Below, one piece after another: positions 1 through 8,032 of a DNA stretch of 42,000 nucleotides. Source of the stretch: a virus (lineage: Duplodnaviria > Caudoviricetes); the IMG/VR virus record IMGVR_UViG_3300019124_000014, positions 1-42,000 of that record; one strand, given 5' to 3'. The position numbers and the translations under genes are program-made. Each line of letters begins with the position of its first letter. Within the stretch, counting starts at the first letter, position 1. A model generated the notes under the pieces. The model worked only from the letters and a program-made list of their open reading frames with translations. It was not told the origin of the DNA and searched no databases.

Positions 1-1
1 C

Positions 2-787
2 ATCATTATCACGCCGAACGACGCAACGGACACCATGACAATCGCCGTTGACACCACGCAATTCGCACCGGCGGCACACGTTGGGGCCGGGGGAGCGGCA
101 CACGCCGTTGCAACGCAATCCGCCGCCGGATTCATGGCTGCCGCCGACAAGACCAAGCTGGACGGCATTGCAACGGGCGCTGAGGTCAACCAGAACACAT
201 TCGCAACAATCGCCGTTAAAAACAACGCCGGAACATCGAAGGGTAGCGTGGCCGCAGATTCCAAGCAGGACACAGCGACGTTCAGAGAGGGAACGGCTAT
301 CCTCATGACGGCTGATTCTGCAACGGATGAAATCACGATTTCCGTTGATAGTGCGCAATTCGCACCGGCGGCACACGTTGGGGCCGGGGGAGCGGCACAC
401 GCGGTGGCGACGCAATCCGCCGCCGGGTTTATGAGTGCCGCCGACTATACGAAGCTGCAAGGAATCCAGGCGGGGGCTACCGTGAATAAAATTGCCGTCG
501 GCACCTACACAGGCGTCCATGTGGGCGGTTCCGGAGTATACAACGAGCAGACTATCACAGTCGGATTTACGCCGATTTTCGTAATGGTCCACAGACAAGG
601 TAGCTATCGGTGGGATGGCGACGGCATCAACGGAGATCAAGAAGCCGCTTACTGCATCACGGGAGAGAGAACGACGAACAGCGATACGTTCCTTGAAATT
701 ACAACAAACGGTTTCCGAATCGGAGGAAACTATTCGTCGGATTGGAAGAAAAATAACGTTGTCTATTCGTATATTGCAATCGGATAA
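2..787 (+). CDS. Tail fibre protein, C-terminal part (5' part is at 41489-42000)
   Basis: AGFM(A/S)AADxTKLxGI fibre motifs; 99-aa internal repeat; C-terminal GTYTG...TITVGFTP...GF...YSYIAIG beta domain; frame open from window start. Confidence 0.85.
   Translation: MIITPNDATDTMTIAVDTTQFAPAAHVGAGGAAHAVATQSAAGFMAAADKTKLDGIATGAEVNQNTFATIAVKNNAGTSKGSVAADSKQDTATFREGTAILMTADSATDEITISVDSAQFAPAAHVGAGGAAHAVATQSAAGFMSAADYTKLQGIQAGATVNKIAVGTYTGVHVGGSGVYNEQTITVGFTPIFVMVHRQGSYRWDGDGINGDQEAAYCITGERTTNSDTFLEITTNGFRIGGNYSSDWKKNNVVYSYIAIG
57..428 (+). repeat. 297-bp (99-aa) period repeat in tail fibre; conserved block QFAPAAHVGAGGAAHAVATQSAAG at 57, 354 and about 41928
   Basis: cgcaattcgcaccggcggcacacgttggggccgggggagcggcacacgc is identical in all three copies. 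Confidence 0.9.
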
Positions 788-801
788 AGGAGGTATTTAG
801 T

Positions 802-1221
802 ATGTTGTTGCTTTTCAAAAAAGACGGCACATTGGTAAATGACAGACAAACATCGAGTATGTTTCCGAAAGGCAGACCGCTAACGGAAGAAGAAAAACTT
901 CTGGTTGATGCCGGGGAGTTAGTGGAATACCGCTTTGACTCTTTCGGTGACAGGGATTTCACAAATAGAATCAGCGGCGCCGAATGTGTAAAGGCAGTTT
1001 TCGACGAAAACATGAACGTCATTGATTTTGAGATAACAGAACGTCAACCGGAGACGCCTGCACCTGACAAACTGACTGTTTTGGAAACCGAATTGCAGGT
1101 GCTCAAAGAAGAAAACGCGAAGCTGAAAACGGAAAACGATGCCCTGAAACAGCGCGACTCGGCGCTGCAAGATGACGTCTTGTTCATCATGGAAACCCTG
1201 GCCGACAACGGCTTGGCGTAA
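802..1221 (+). CDS. XkdW-like tail-fibre-associated protein with C-terminal coiled coil
   Basis: AAGGAGG RBS; lies between fibre and XkdX; heptad stretch LETELQVLKEENAKLKTENDALK. Confidence 0.6.
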   Translation: MLLLFKKDGTLVNDRQTSSMFPKGRPLTEEEKLLVDAGELVEYRFDSFGDRDFTNRISGAECVKAVFDENMNVIDFEITERQPETPAPDKLTVLETELQVLKEENAKLKTENDALKQRDSALQDDVLFIMETLADNGLA

Positions 1222-1240
1222 TCGATAGGAGGAATGCGGA

Positions 1241-1462
1241 ATGGCAGAAACGCTTCGACAGCGGATGGTGCGCGGGTACGCTTATCAGATTTATATTGAC
1301 GGTTACAAGCGTTTTTCTGACATTAATGCCACGTACCACGAAGAGATCAAGCAGTACGCGGCAACGTACTTCACGCAAGAGCAGATCGACAACGCATTGG
1401 CACAGGGATGGATCACCCAGCAAGAGTACGACGAAACGATGGCTTACAAGACACCAACGTAA
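1241..1462 (+). CDS. xkdX: XkdX-family small phage protein
   Basis: C-terminal ALAQGWITQQEYDE motif; position after fibre genes. Confidence 0.7.
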   Translation: MAETLRQRMVRGYAYQIYIDGYKRFSDINATYHEEIKQYAATYFTQEQIDNALAQGWITQQEYDETMAYKTPT

Positions 1463-1467
1463 CAGGC

Positions 1468-1499
1468 AAGCACCGGGATATTTTTCCCGGTGCTTTTTT
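1468..1499 (+). terminator. Intrinsic terminator closing the tail operon
   Basis: AAGCACCGGGA-tatttt-TCCCGGTGCTT followed by T run. Confidence 0.85.
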
Positions 1500-1510
1500 C
1501 ACAGCAATAT

Positions 1511-1549
1511 CTGTCAAAATTCGACAAAAAGTGATAAAATTTTGTCGAT
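1511..1549 (+). promoter_or_regulatory. Putative lysis promoter flanked by Spo0A-like boxes
   Basis: Extended -10 TGaTAAAAT (1532-1540); TTCGACA at 1520-1526 and TGTCGAT at 1543-1549. Confidence 0.5.
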
Positions 1550-1581
1550 AGATTTCGAGGGGGAAGGAGGCGGGGCGGCAC

Positions 1582-1845
1582 ATGAATCAAAACGGATATA
1601 GCCCGGAAATGCTTGAATTGATTAAAGGGATGGCGAGGGTGGAACAAAAGTTGAACGACCTGGCAGGCGTGAAAGAAACGGCGATTGAAGCGCTGCAATC
1701 AACGCGGAGCGCACATAAGCGCATTGATGCCATCGAGGACGACCGCAAATGGTCGCGTCGAACGAGCATCGGCGCAATGATTGCGGGCGGCGTGAGCCTG
1801 CTATGCAACGTGATCCTATTGGTGTTCAAGGGGGGCGGCATGTAA
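1582..1845 (+). CDS. XhlA/hemolysin-like holin
   Basis: Coiled coil, SAHKRIDAIE motif, single C-terminal TM helix; directly upstream of endolysin. Confidence 0.8.
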   Translation: MNQNGYSPEMLELIKGMARVEQKLNDLAGVKETAIEALQSTRSAHKRIDAIEDDRKWSRRTSIGAMIAGGVSLLCNVILLVFKGGGM

Positions 1846-2621
1846 TGCAGGCGATAAGTGCAGGCAATGTCAAGGGAATCGACGTTTCCAAGTGGCAGGG
1901 GTTCATTGATTGGCCGAAAGTCGCAGCATCCGGTGTGAAATTCGCGTTTATCAAAGCGACACAAGGGACAAGCCTTGTGGATGCCTGTTTGAAGCGGAAC
2001 GCACAGGAGGCGCACGCGGCGGGAATTGCTGTCGGGTACTACCATTTTGCGACGCCGGAACAAAGCGCAGTCCAGCAGGTGGATCACTTTCTGAATACCA
2101 TCCAGGGGCTGCCTTGCGACCTGCCGTTGGTCTTGGACATTGAGCGGGAAGAAGGGCTGGGCAAAACGTACATAACAACATTCTGCTTGACGTTCTTGAC
2201 CGAGTTGGAGCGGCGCACAAACAAGCTGCCGATGGTTTACACCGGCGCGTCGTTCGCCAGCACTTACCTGGGCAAAGAATTGTCGCGGTATCCGTTATGG
2301 GTGGCGCATTACGGCGTTGACAAGCCGAAACCGAACAAGACATGGGACCGGTGGGCGGTGTTCCAATTCACCGACAAGGGCGTTGTGCCGGGGATCAAGG
2401 GGAATGTGGACGTAAACTGGATGGAGGCGGATTTCTTTATGCGCTATATGATTTCAAAGGCGGATTGTGAAAAGATCACCAAGCTGCTGGGCATTTTGTG
2501 GACGCTGGAACACAACAAGCAGATTGACGTGAAACTGTCCGAGGGCGTGGACATTACGAAAGACGAGATTCACCGGCTGGCAAATGAAGTGCGGAAAGCG
2601 GCTGGCGTGCCGACAACCTAA
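1845..2621 (+). CDS. Endolysin, glycoside hydrolase family 25 (muramidase)
   Basis: GIDVSKWQG, FAFIKATQG, GYYHF, LVLDIE, YPLWVAHY and GNVDVN motifs; start coupled to the holin stop (TAATG). Confidence 0.93.
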   Translation: MQAISAGNVKGIDVSKWQGFIDWPKVAASGVKFAFIKATQGTSLVDACLKRNAQEAHAAGIAVGYYHFATPEQSAVQQVDHFLNTIQGLPCDLPLVLDIEREEGLGKTYITTFCLTFLTELERRTNKLPMVYTGASFASTYLGKELSRYPLWVAHYGVDKPKPNKTWDRWAVFQFTDKGVVPGIKGNVDVNWMEADFFMRYMISKADCEKITKLLGILWTLEHNKQIDVKLSEGVDITKDEIHRLANEVRKAAGVPTT

Positions 2622-2637
2622 AAAGGGGGGTGAGTAC

Positions 2638-2880
2638 ATGCAAGGTTTCGAGGTAACGGACGCGCTTTTGATCGGTCTGATTATCAGTTTGGTCGAGTTG
2701 GCGGTGCGGGTCGGCCTCCCAAAACGATTTGCGCCGGTTCTGGCGATTGTTTTGGGCGTGGCAGGGGGAATTGTCTACATCTTTCCCGGAGACGCGAAAA
2801 TGGGCCTTCTAGTCGGTCTGATGATGGGGCTGGCAAGTGTAGGTATGTACAGCAGTACAAAAAACGTCATTGGCAAGTAA
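2638..2880 (+). CDS. Holin (three TM helices)
   Basis: GLPKRFAPVLAIVLG...GLASVGMYSSTKN pattern of Bacillota phage holins; follows endolysin. Confidence 0.85.
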   Translation: MQGFEVTDALLIGLIISLVELAVRVGLPKRFAPVLAIVLGVAGGIVYIFPGDAKMGLLVGLMMGLASVGMYSSTKNVIGK

Positions 2881-2928
2881 CTGGACGGCGTTGTAAGATT
2901 GAATTGTTCACTTCTTGTTTTGCGGAGA

Positions 2929-2954
2929 AAGGCGGGAGAAATCCCGTCTTTTTC
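2929..2954 (+). terminator. Intrinsic terminator after the lysis module
   Basis: AGGCGGGA-gaaa-TCCCGTCT followed by T run. Confidence 0.8.
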
Positions 2955-2965
2955 TCTGTCTTAAA

Positions 2966-2996
2966 TGTTGACAATGTACACAAACATGGGTATGAT
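2966..2996 (+). promoter_or_regulatory. SigA promoter carrying the shared TGTTGACRATGTACACA motif (copy 1)
   Basis: TTGACA (2968)-17 bp-TATGAT (2991). Confidence 0.8.
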
Positions 2997-3058
2997 AAGA
3001 ATATAAGGCGATAACATAGGCTTAACATTTTGTGTAAAGAGGAAAGAGAGGCGTGCAT

Positions 3059-3277
3059 ATGAGCGAAATCATAAAGTGTGAGTCATGCGGGAAAGAAATC
3101 TCTAACAAAACAGAAGTGGAGTATAGCCAGTACTTAAGCGCGTTTTTCTGCAATTTTGACTGCGCCGTGGAGCATTTTATGGACTATATGCAATGCACGC
3201 CGTTCTCGTTCGATCCGCACGAAATGAAAGGAAAACAAGTGAGGTTAGTCCGCGGTAAATTGCACCGAAACTATTGA
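3059..3277 (+). CDS. Small Cys-rich (CxxC...CxxxC) putative zinc-binding protein
   Basis: CESC and CNFDC pairs; GAGG RBS; first gene after the promoter. Confidence 0.6.
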   Translation: MSEIIKCESCGKEISNKTEVEYSQYLSAFFCNFDCAVEHFMDYMQCTPFSFDPHEMKGKQVRLVRGKLHRNY

Positions 3278-3345
3278 ACAAAATAGTTAGGGAGATAAGG
3301 AGCGAACGGAATGACGGGCGAAGCGGCCAGAAAGGAGGGGCGCGT

Positions 3346-3459
3346 ATGATCCAACTGAAACTGTTGGCGGTCGGGTGTGTCGGCATGGCAATCAGTGTCG
3401 TTGTCGCCATCGTTCTCATGGAAATGGACGCAAAAAAAGCAAAAGGCCCGGCGGCGTAA
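3346..3459 (+). CDS. 37-aa single-TM membrane peptide
   Basis: AAAGGAGG RBS; MIQLKLLAVGCVGMAISVVVAIVLMEMDAKKAKGPAA. Confidence 0.6.
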   Translation: MIQLKLLAVGCVGMAISVVVAIVLMEMDAKKAKGPAA

Positions 3460-3601
3460 CCGGACATTTTGCGAGGGGTAAATCAAAACTGCCGAGAACA
3501 ACAAGGCGATTGATCGACGCGGCGTTCGTCGAGGGGCTTATCCCGGCGTACTTATAATACACCGGAGGCCCGCGGAATACAAGTGAAGGGAAGTAAAAAA
3601 T

Positions 3602-3799
3602 ATGCAATCGACAGATTTTTTCACGATCACCAACCCGCAGCAGGTATTGGGCCGGTCTATCGTAGTATTCATGCGGGATGGGTCACAATTCGGGTTCAAG
3701 GTTCTGGCCGTATCCGGGGATCATATCATTGGGCACGACCATGAGGGCATAAACCTGAGCATCGACATTCACGACATATGTGTGGCGAGGTGGAATTGA
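3602..3799 (+). CDS. Hypothetical small beta-barrel-like protein
   Basis: ORF with weak RBS; translationally coupled to the next gene (TGATG). Confidence 0.55.
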   Translation: MQSTDFFTITNPQQVLGRSIVVFMRDGSQFGFKVLAVSGDHIIGHDHEGINLSIDIHDICVARWN

Positions 3800-4092
3800 T
3801 GGACAAAGAGTTATGCGAACAGATCAACAGCGTGCTGGGCAAGAAAATTTTCCCGTTGTACACGCAGCGGTCCTTGCGTGAGCGTTGGGGAGTGGGGCGC
3901 AACGTGATTACCAATCGGAAAAATCGGGACAGCGACTTCCCTAAGCCGATCCAAGGGTTGATCGTTACCGGCTACAATGACGGGGAAATTTACCCGGCAT
4001 ACGAGGTTGAGCAGTACGAGCGCGGCGAAAATTTCAACCGACCGGCAGGCAGACCGGGCAGGCCGCGTGTGGGCGGGAAGAAAAACTTGTGA
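3799..4092 (+). CDS. AlpA/excisionase-like winged-helix DNA-binding protein
   Basis: LRERWGVGRNVITNRKNRDSDFPKP...IYPAYEVEQYE pattern; basic RPGRPR tail. Confidence 0.65.
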   Translation: MDKELCEQINSVLGKKIFPLYTQRSLRERWGVGRNVITNRKNRDSDFPKPIQGLIVTGYNDGEIYPAYEVEQYERGENFNRPAGRPGRPRVGGKKNL

Positions 4093-4209
4093 TATGATGA
4101 TGAAACACTGGTTCATCTTGAACCAGTGCCAATAAACCGCATATTCCTGTATCGCATCAGAGGAAGCGCCTGGCCATGGCGCTTTTTTCTGTTTTTTCGT
4201 TGCAAACAG

Positions 4210-4238
4210 GCATCTTTTTGCAGGGGCGTGCATAGCCT
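4210..4238 (+). promoter_or_regulatory. SigE/SigK-type (mother-cell) promoter 1
   Basis: GCATCTT-14 bp-CATAGCCT, matching kmATAtt-N14-CATAcaaT. Confidence 0.55.
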
Positions 4239-4306
4239 ACTTTCAAGTAGGCTATAGGGGGAAGTACAGTCAACCGGGGAAACCCGGATTTTTTTATTTT
4301 ATCGTG

Positions 4307-4335
4307 TCATATGCCATGCCATCACATCATATGTT
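4307..4335 (+). promoter_or_regulatory. SigE-type (mother-cell) promoter 2 for the RHH/membrane/ATPase operon
   Basis: TCATATG-14 bp-CATATGTT; Spo0A box TTCGACA at 4336-4342. Confidence 0.7.
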
Positions 4336-4366
4336 TTCGACAAAGAGCAGAAAGGCGGGTGACGGA

Positions 4367-4558
4367 ATGGCGACAATGAAAACGAAATCCGTCGGATTCA
4401 ACGTAGACGACGAAAAAGAACGGTTGTTGTATGAATGGGCGGCGAGTCAACCGAATTTTTCCGAATACGTGCGGCAACTGATGCGGCAAGACATTCTCAA
4501 CAGGCAAAAGGCCCGGCAAGTGCCGAGCCAATCCGGAGGGATCAATATTCGTCTTTAG
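4367..4558 (+). CDS. Ribbon-helix-helix-type DNA-binding protein (ParR/CopG-like)
   Basis: KSVGFN strand, then helices LLYEWA and NFSEYVRQLMRQD; AAAGGCGG RBS. Confidence 0.7.
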   Translation: MATMKTKSVGFNVDDEKERLLYEWAASQPNFSEYVRQLMRQDILNRQKARQVPSQSGGINIRL

Positions 4559-4623
4559 CCAACGATGATTTTTACGAAAGTGCCGATGGCCGCGCCAATT
4601 ACTCCACCCAGGAGGAAGTACAT
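4555..4623 (-). CDS. 22-aa hydrophobic membrane peptide MYFLLGGVIGAAIGTFVKIIVG
   Basis: Minus-strand RBS AAAGGAGTGA just upstream of ATG at 4623; consensus sigG promoter upstream; GxxxGxxxG TM helix. Confidence 0.7.
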   Translation of the reverse strand: MYFLLGGVIGAAIGTFVKIIVG

Positions 4624-4656
4624 GCGGCGTTCACTCCTTTTGTTTGGTCTACAACC

Positions 4657-4686
4657 TAGTATGAACACATCACAGGCCGAATATAC
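4657..4686 (-). promoter_or_regulatory. SigG (forespore) promoter driving the 22-aa peptide
   Basis: Minus strand reads GTATA-18 bp-CATACTA, the sigG consensus. Confidence 0.75.
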
Positions 4687-4705
4687 GGCCACAGGAGGCG
4701 TTTTT

Positions 4706-5044
4706 ATGGGTGTGGTGGTAAAGATCAACGGACAATGCATAAACGCGCCTAGAACGGGCGCACAGACGGTCGCAGAGGCATTGCAGGAAATTTCCCAGCC
4801 GATCCGCAAGCACAAAGGCGAAATACTCTTTTCGAGCGGAGCGGCGTCCATGATGTCGTTGATCCGGGAATACGTTTCATTTTCGGAGTATTTGGCCATC
4901 GGGGTGCTGATGTTCGCCGGGACCATGTGGATGTTCGGGCACAGAACCAAGGCCATCGAAATGTTGATCGGCGTGGTGATCGGGTACGAAGTGATATTGC
5001 ACGCCGAGGACTTCATCGAGTGGCTGAAAGAGTTGGCAAAATAA
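4706..5044 (+). CDS. Two-TM membrane protein, VirB2/TrbC pilin-like
   Basis: AGGAGG RBS; hairpin YLAIGVLMFAGTMWMFG-HRTKA-IEMLIGVVIGYEVILHA. Confidence 0.55.
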   Translation: MGVVVKINGQCINAPRTGAQTVAEALQEISQPIRKHKGEILFSSGAASMMSLIREYVSFSEYLAIGVLMFAGTMWMFGHRTKAIEMLIGVVIGYEVILHAEDFIEWLKELAK

Positions 5045-5060
5045 AAGGGGGGCGGGCGGC

Positions 5061-5282
5061 ATGGGTGATTTCATCAAGCAAAAGTTTGGGGAAGTATTCG
5101 GCGCGTGGCTGTCGGATTTGGGGCAAGGTGCGATTGACGGTTTGACGGGCATCATGCCCGAATTGACGGTACTGGTCATGTTGGGGTGCGTGACTGTCGG
5201 CATGTTTACGAAACCAGGGCGCTGGGCGGTGCGTGCGTTCCTGGTGTTTGCGGGTGGTGCAGCATGGCTTATTTTGATATAG
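5061..5282 (+). CDS. Small two-TM membrane protein (VirB3-sized)
   Basis: Two hydrophobic segments; overlaps the start of the ATPase gene. Confidence 0.6.
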   Translation: MGDFIKQKFGEVFGAWLSDLGQGAIDGLTGIMPELTVLVMLGCVTVGMFTKPGRWAVRAFLVFAGGAAWLILI

Positions 5283-7621
5283 TCCGACCCAAAATGACCT
5301 TGTTTAAGATCACGCCTGACAAGGGTGTCACCAATAACACCAACAAGAAATTCTGGCGGATGATGCACGAATTGCTTGCCTTGGATTACTCCATCAAGGA
5401 ACGGATCGAACGGAGCGGACTGAAAATCCGATACCGCCTGCGTGACAATATATGGTTCGATGTGGTGGCCCGCGCATACCATTCCGAGGATCACCACGAT
5501 ATGGTCGAGGGGGAGAAAGAAACCAAGCACAAGGTGGAGTTTTTCATGGCGTGCCCGGCGAAGTTTGCGCCGACGATCAAAAGCAAGATGATCGACCGGT
5601 ATCCGCAAGCGACCATCGAGGAAGTGGATTTTTCCGCCGTCGAGGTCCCGGCAGACGCAGACGTGATCGAGTACCGATACAAGCGGCACGACGTTTTTTC
5701 ACTCAACTGCAACGATACCGAGCAGACGACGCCAATTTCGTCTTTGCTCAACGCTGCCTACGAATTGCAAGCGGGTGATTTCATGCGTTTTTCCGTTTGC
5801 GTGGAGCGGATCGACCGGAAGAAGTGGAAAGGGATGGCCGAGTACGGGTGGGGCCTTCTGGACCAAAAGCGGGTCCCGCAGCGCGTGCGATTCGAGCCGA
5901 GCAAGCTGCTGGAAAGCGCGGCGGACGTGGTGAAATTCTTGGCGTTTGAGGTCAAAGGGCTGCTGGACGACGTGTTGCATACGGTGCAAAATTCCTTTTT
6001 CAAGGACGACGGCAAGCGGCAGGAGCGACCAAAAATCACCTTTCACTCCAAAGAATATGACGCGCTGATGGCCAACGGCAAACTGTCTGACAACACCATC
6101 AAGAAACAGTTTGAACCGGTGTTCGCTGCGAACATTCGTCTGTCCGTTCATTCACAGGATAAGGCCCGCAAGCACATGATTGCCAATTCGGTGACGGGCG
6201 CACTGAACGAATTGAAGGGCGACAACTATTTGGAGCCGCGCAAAGTGCGGGTCAACATTCGCGCCAAGCACATCGAGGAAATGAACACGTTTCAGCGATT
6301 GACCGGGCATGATCCTGACCGCAATATCATGAGTTGCAAGGAGTTGGGCAAACTAAACCAGTATCCGGGCAGGGAGTTGCAGGCGAAATACGCTGACCTG
6401 CTGGACGTGAAACCGCATTTGGAGGTTGACATACCGGCGGAGTTTCGGGACGAACGCGGCCTATACATTGCGGACGCGGTAGTCAAAGGCACGAAAATCC
6501 CGATCCATTTACCGGCGACAAAAAGCCATTGGGATGAATTGTGCCTGCCGAAAGTGGTCATAGGCGGTCAAGGCCAGGGCAAAACTGCGGGATTTGGGGG
6601 GAATCTTGTCGTTGAGGCCGTCAAAAAGGGGTTCGGCGGTATCGCTATAGATGCGGCGAAAGGGCAGATAGGGGATGAGGTAGTGGCCGCACTCCCGGCA
6701 GACAAGGTGCGCCGGTTCAACCTGGCAAATACCGTTTTCGGTTTGGATTGGTGCGAGGTAAAGCACGCGCCGCGCGGCAGGGGGATGCTGGCGGATGCGG
6801 TCCTGGCGTTCTTTGACGACAACACAGACACCGCCGGGGCGCAAACGCAACGGTTCCTGATGGCCGCCGTTTACGGGATGCAGACCGGCAAGCTAAAAGA
6901 GATCGTGAAGATATTCCGGGACGAAAAATACAGGGCGGAGGTTATCACCAAGATGCCGGACACCATCCACCGGGAAACACTGGCCGAGTACCACGAGTAC
7001 AAACCGGACAGACAACGCCAGATTGCCGCACCGATTTTTAACCGTCTGAACGTCGTTTTGGGCGACGAGTGGCTAATGCAATGTTTTGACAGCGACCTAT
7101 CAATTGACATGGTGGAACTGATGAGTACGCCGCAGGCGGTCATTTTCGACCTTCCGAAGCGGGACGGCCTGACGGAGAAGCAGATCGACATACTCGCCAA
7201 TCTGCTGACAACGAAGATCAACTTGGCCATGCAATTGCGCCCGGAGGAAAAGCAATTCCCGTTTTTCGTTGTGTACGACGAGCCGCACCGGTTCCTGCGA
7301 TCCGCGAACCTATGGGAAAGCCTGGCGGTAGAGAGCCGCAAGTGGCGCGTGTCGTTTGTCTGGATGTTTCATGAGTGGTTGATGATCCCGCGCGAGTTGC
7401 GCCAGATCATCAAAAGTGCGCTGCCGCATTATTTCCTCTATCCGAGCGACTACCAAACATTCGCGGACCTGGCGCACTACATCCAGCCGTTTGAGCCAGA
7501 CGACGCAATCAAGTTGCAACGATTCCACGCGATCAACTGCATTCGCTTGAACAGCGTGATTCAGCCGTTTATTGCAAAGATGGCCGCACCACCTAGCCAA
7601 CGGTCGGTCCAAGCGGTATAA
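5264..7621 (+). CDS. VirD4/TraD/HerA-FtsK superfamily P-loop ATPase (785 aa)
   Basis: Walker A VVIGGQGQGKT, Walker B FVVYDEPH, ESRKWRVSFVWMFH motif, IDAAKG; no N-terminal TM segment. Confidence 0.8.
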   Translation: MAYFDIVRPKMTLFKITPDKGVTNNTNKKFWRMMHELLALDYSIKERIERSGLKIRYRLRDNIWFDVVARAYHSEDHHDMVEGEKETKHKVEFFMACPAKFAPTIKSKMIDRYPQATIEEVDFSAVEVPADADVIEYRYKRHDVFSLNCNDTEQTTPISSLLNAAYELQAGDFMRFSVCVERIDRKKWKGMAEYGWGLLDQKRVPQRVRFEPSKLLESAADVVKFLAFEVKGLLDDVLHTVQNSFFKDDGKRQERPKITFHSKEYDALMANGKLSDNTIKKQFEPVFAANIRLSVHSQDKARKHMIANSVTGALNELKGDNYLEPRKVRVNIRAKHIEEMNTFQRLTGHDPDRNIMSCKELGKLNQYPGRELQAKYADLLDVKPHLEVDIPAEFRDERGLYIADAVVKGTKIPIHLPATKSHWDELCLPKVVIGGQGQGKTAGFGGNLVVEAVKKGFGGIAIDAAKGQIGDEVVAALPADKVRRFNLANTVFGLDWCEVKHAPRGRGMLADAVLAFFDDNTDTAGAQTQRFLMAAVYGMQTGKLKEIVKIFRDEKYRAEVITKMPDTIHRETLAEYHEYKPDRQRQIAAPIFNRLNVVLGDEWLMQCFDSDLSIDMVELMSTPQAVIFDLPKRDGLTEKQIDILANLLTTKINLAMQLRPEEKQFPFFVVYDEPHRFLRSANLWESLAVESRKWRVSFVWMFHEWLMIPRELRQIIKSALPHYFLYPSDYQTFADLAHYIQPFEPDDAIKLQRFHAINCIRLNSVIQPFIAKMAAPPSQRSVQAV

Positions 7622-7628
7622 TCGACAG

Positions 7629-7723
7629 ACCAAACAATGAAAGGTGGTGAACCCACCTTTTAGGGGATGGAACAATGAGGATTTCGGCAAAATCCCGCAC
7701 CGGGCACGTCCCGGTGTTTTTTT
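7629..7723 (+). ncRNA. Candidate small RNA of about 95 nt
   Basis: TAGCCA (7594)-17-TATAAT (7617); hairpins AAAGGTGG/CCACCTTT and GGATTT/AAATCC; terminator GCACCGGG/CCCGGTGT plus T run. Confidence 0.4.
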
Positions 7724-7731
7724 ATCTAAAA

Positions 7732-7761
7732 TGTTGACGATGTACACATTTGTGGTATAGT
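7732..7761 (+). promoter_or_regulatory. SigA promoter carrying the shared TGTTGACRATGTACACA motif (copy 2)
   Basis: TTGACG (7734)-16 bp-TATAGT (7756) with extended TG. Confidence 0.75.
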
Positions 7762-7818
7762 AAAGGTGAGGGAGAAAATATTGGAAATGAGGGGTAAGCA
7801 TGGCGAGGGAAAGCTACA

Positions 7819-8001
7819 ATGACCTTTGTTGAGGCGTGCGATTTCATGGCAAGCGGCGGGATCGTGGAGAGTTGCAGGGGCCGGAGATTCACCGGGCGGA
7901 ATGGCCAGTTGTTTATGTTGGGACCAGGCGGCAAGTACATTTTCGGTTTCGGACTATTGGAAGATGAGGTTACCGGCGCGTGGCAGGCGGTCGATAGTTA
8001 A
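7819..8001 (+). CDS. Hypothetical phage protein
   Basis: Short ORF MTFVEA...W; GAGGGA upstream. Confidence 0.5.
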   Translation: MTFVEACDFMASGGIVESCRGRRFTGRNGQLFMLGPGGKYIFGFGLLEDEVTGAWQAVDS

Positions 8002-8032
8002 CAAAATGTGTAGGGAGAGAAGGAGGATAAAC

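Noticed and set aside
1-105. Biological direct terminal repeat
   Set aside because: The overlap falls mid-gene in a repeated region, and the PBSX/SPP1-type terminase suggests headful packaging; better explained by circular permutation or assembly
480-787. Diversity-generating retroelement acting on the fibre tip
   Set aside because: No reverse transcriptase and no template/variable repeat pair with adenine-specific differences; the fibre repeats differ at synonymous sites
4555-5016. 153-aa minus-strand ORF from the track
   Set aside because: Mostly antisense to the 4706 gene; only the last 22 codons have an RBS and promoter and are called separately
4706-7621. Complete conjugation system or ICE
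   Set aside because: No relaxase, second ATPase, VirB6/VirB8-like or transfer hydrolase genes are visible
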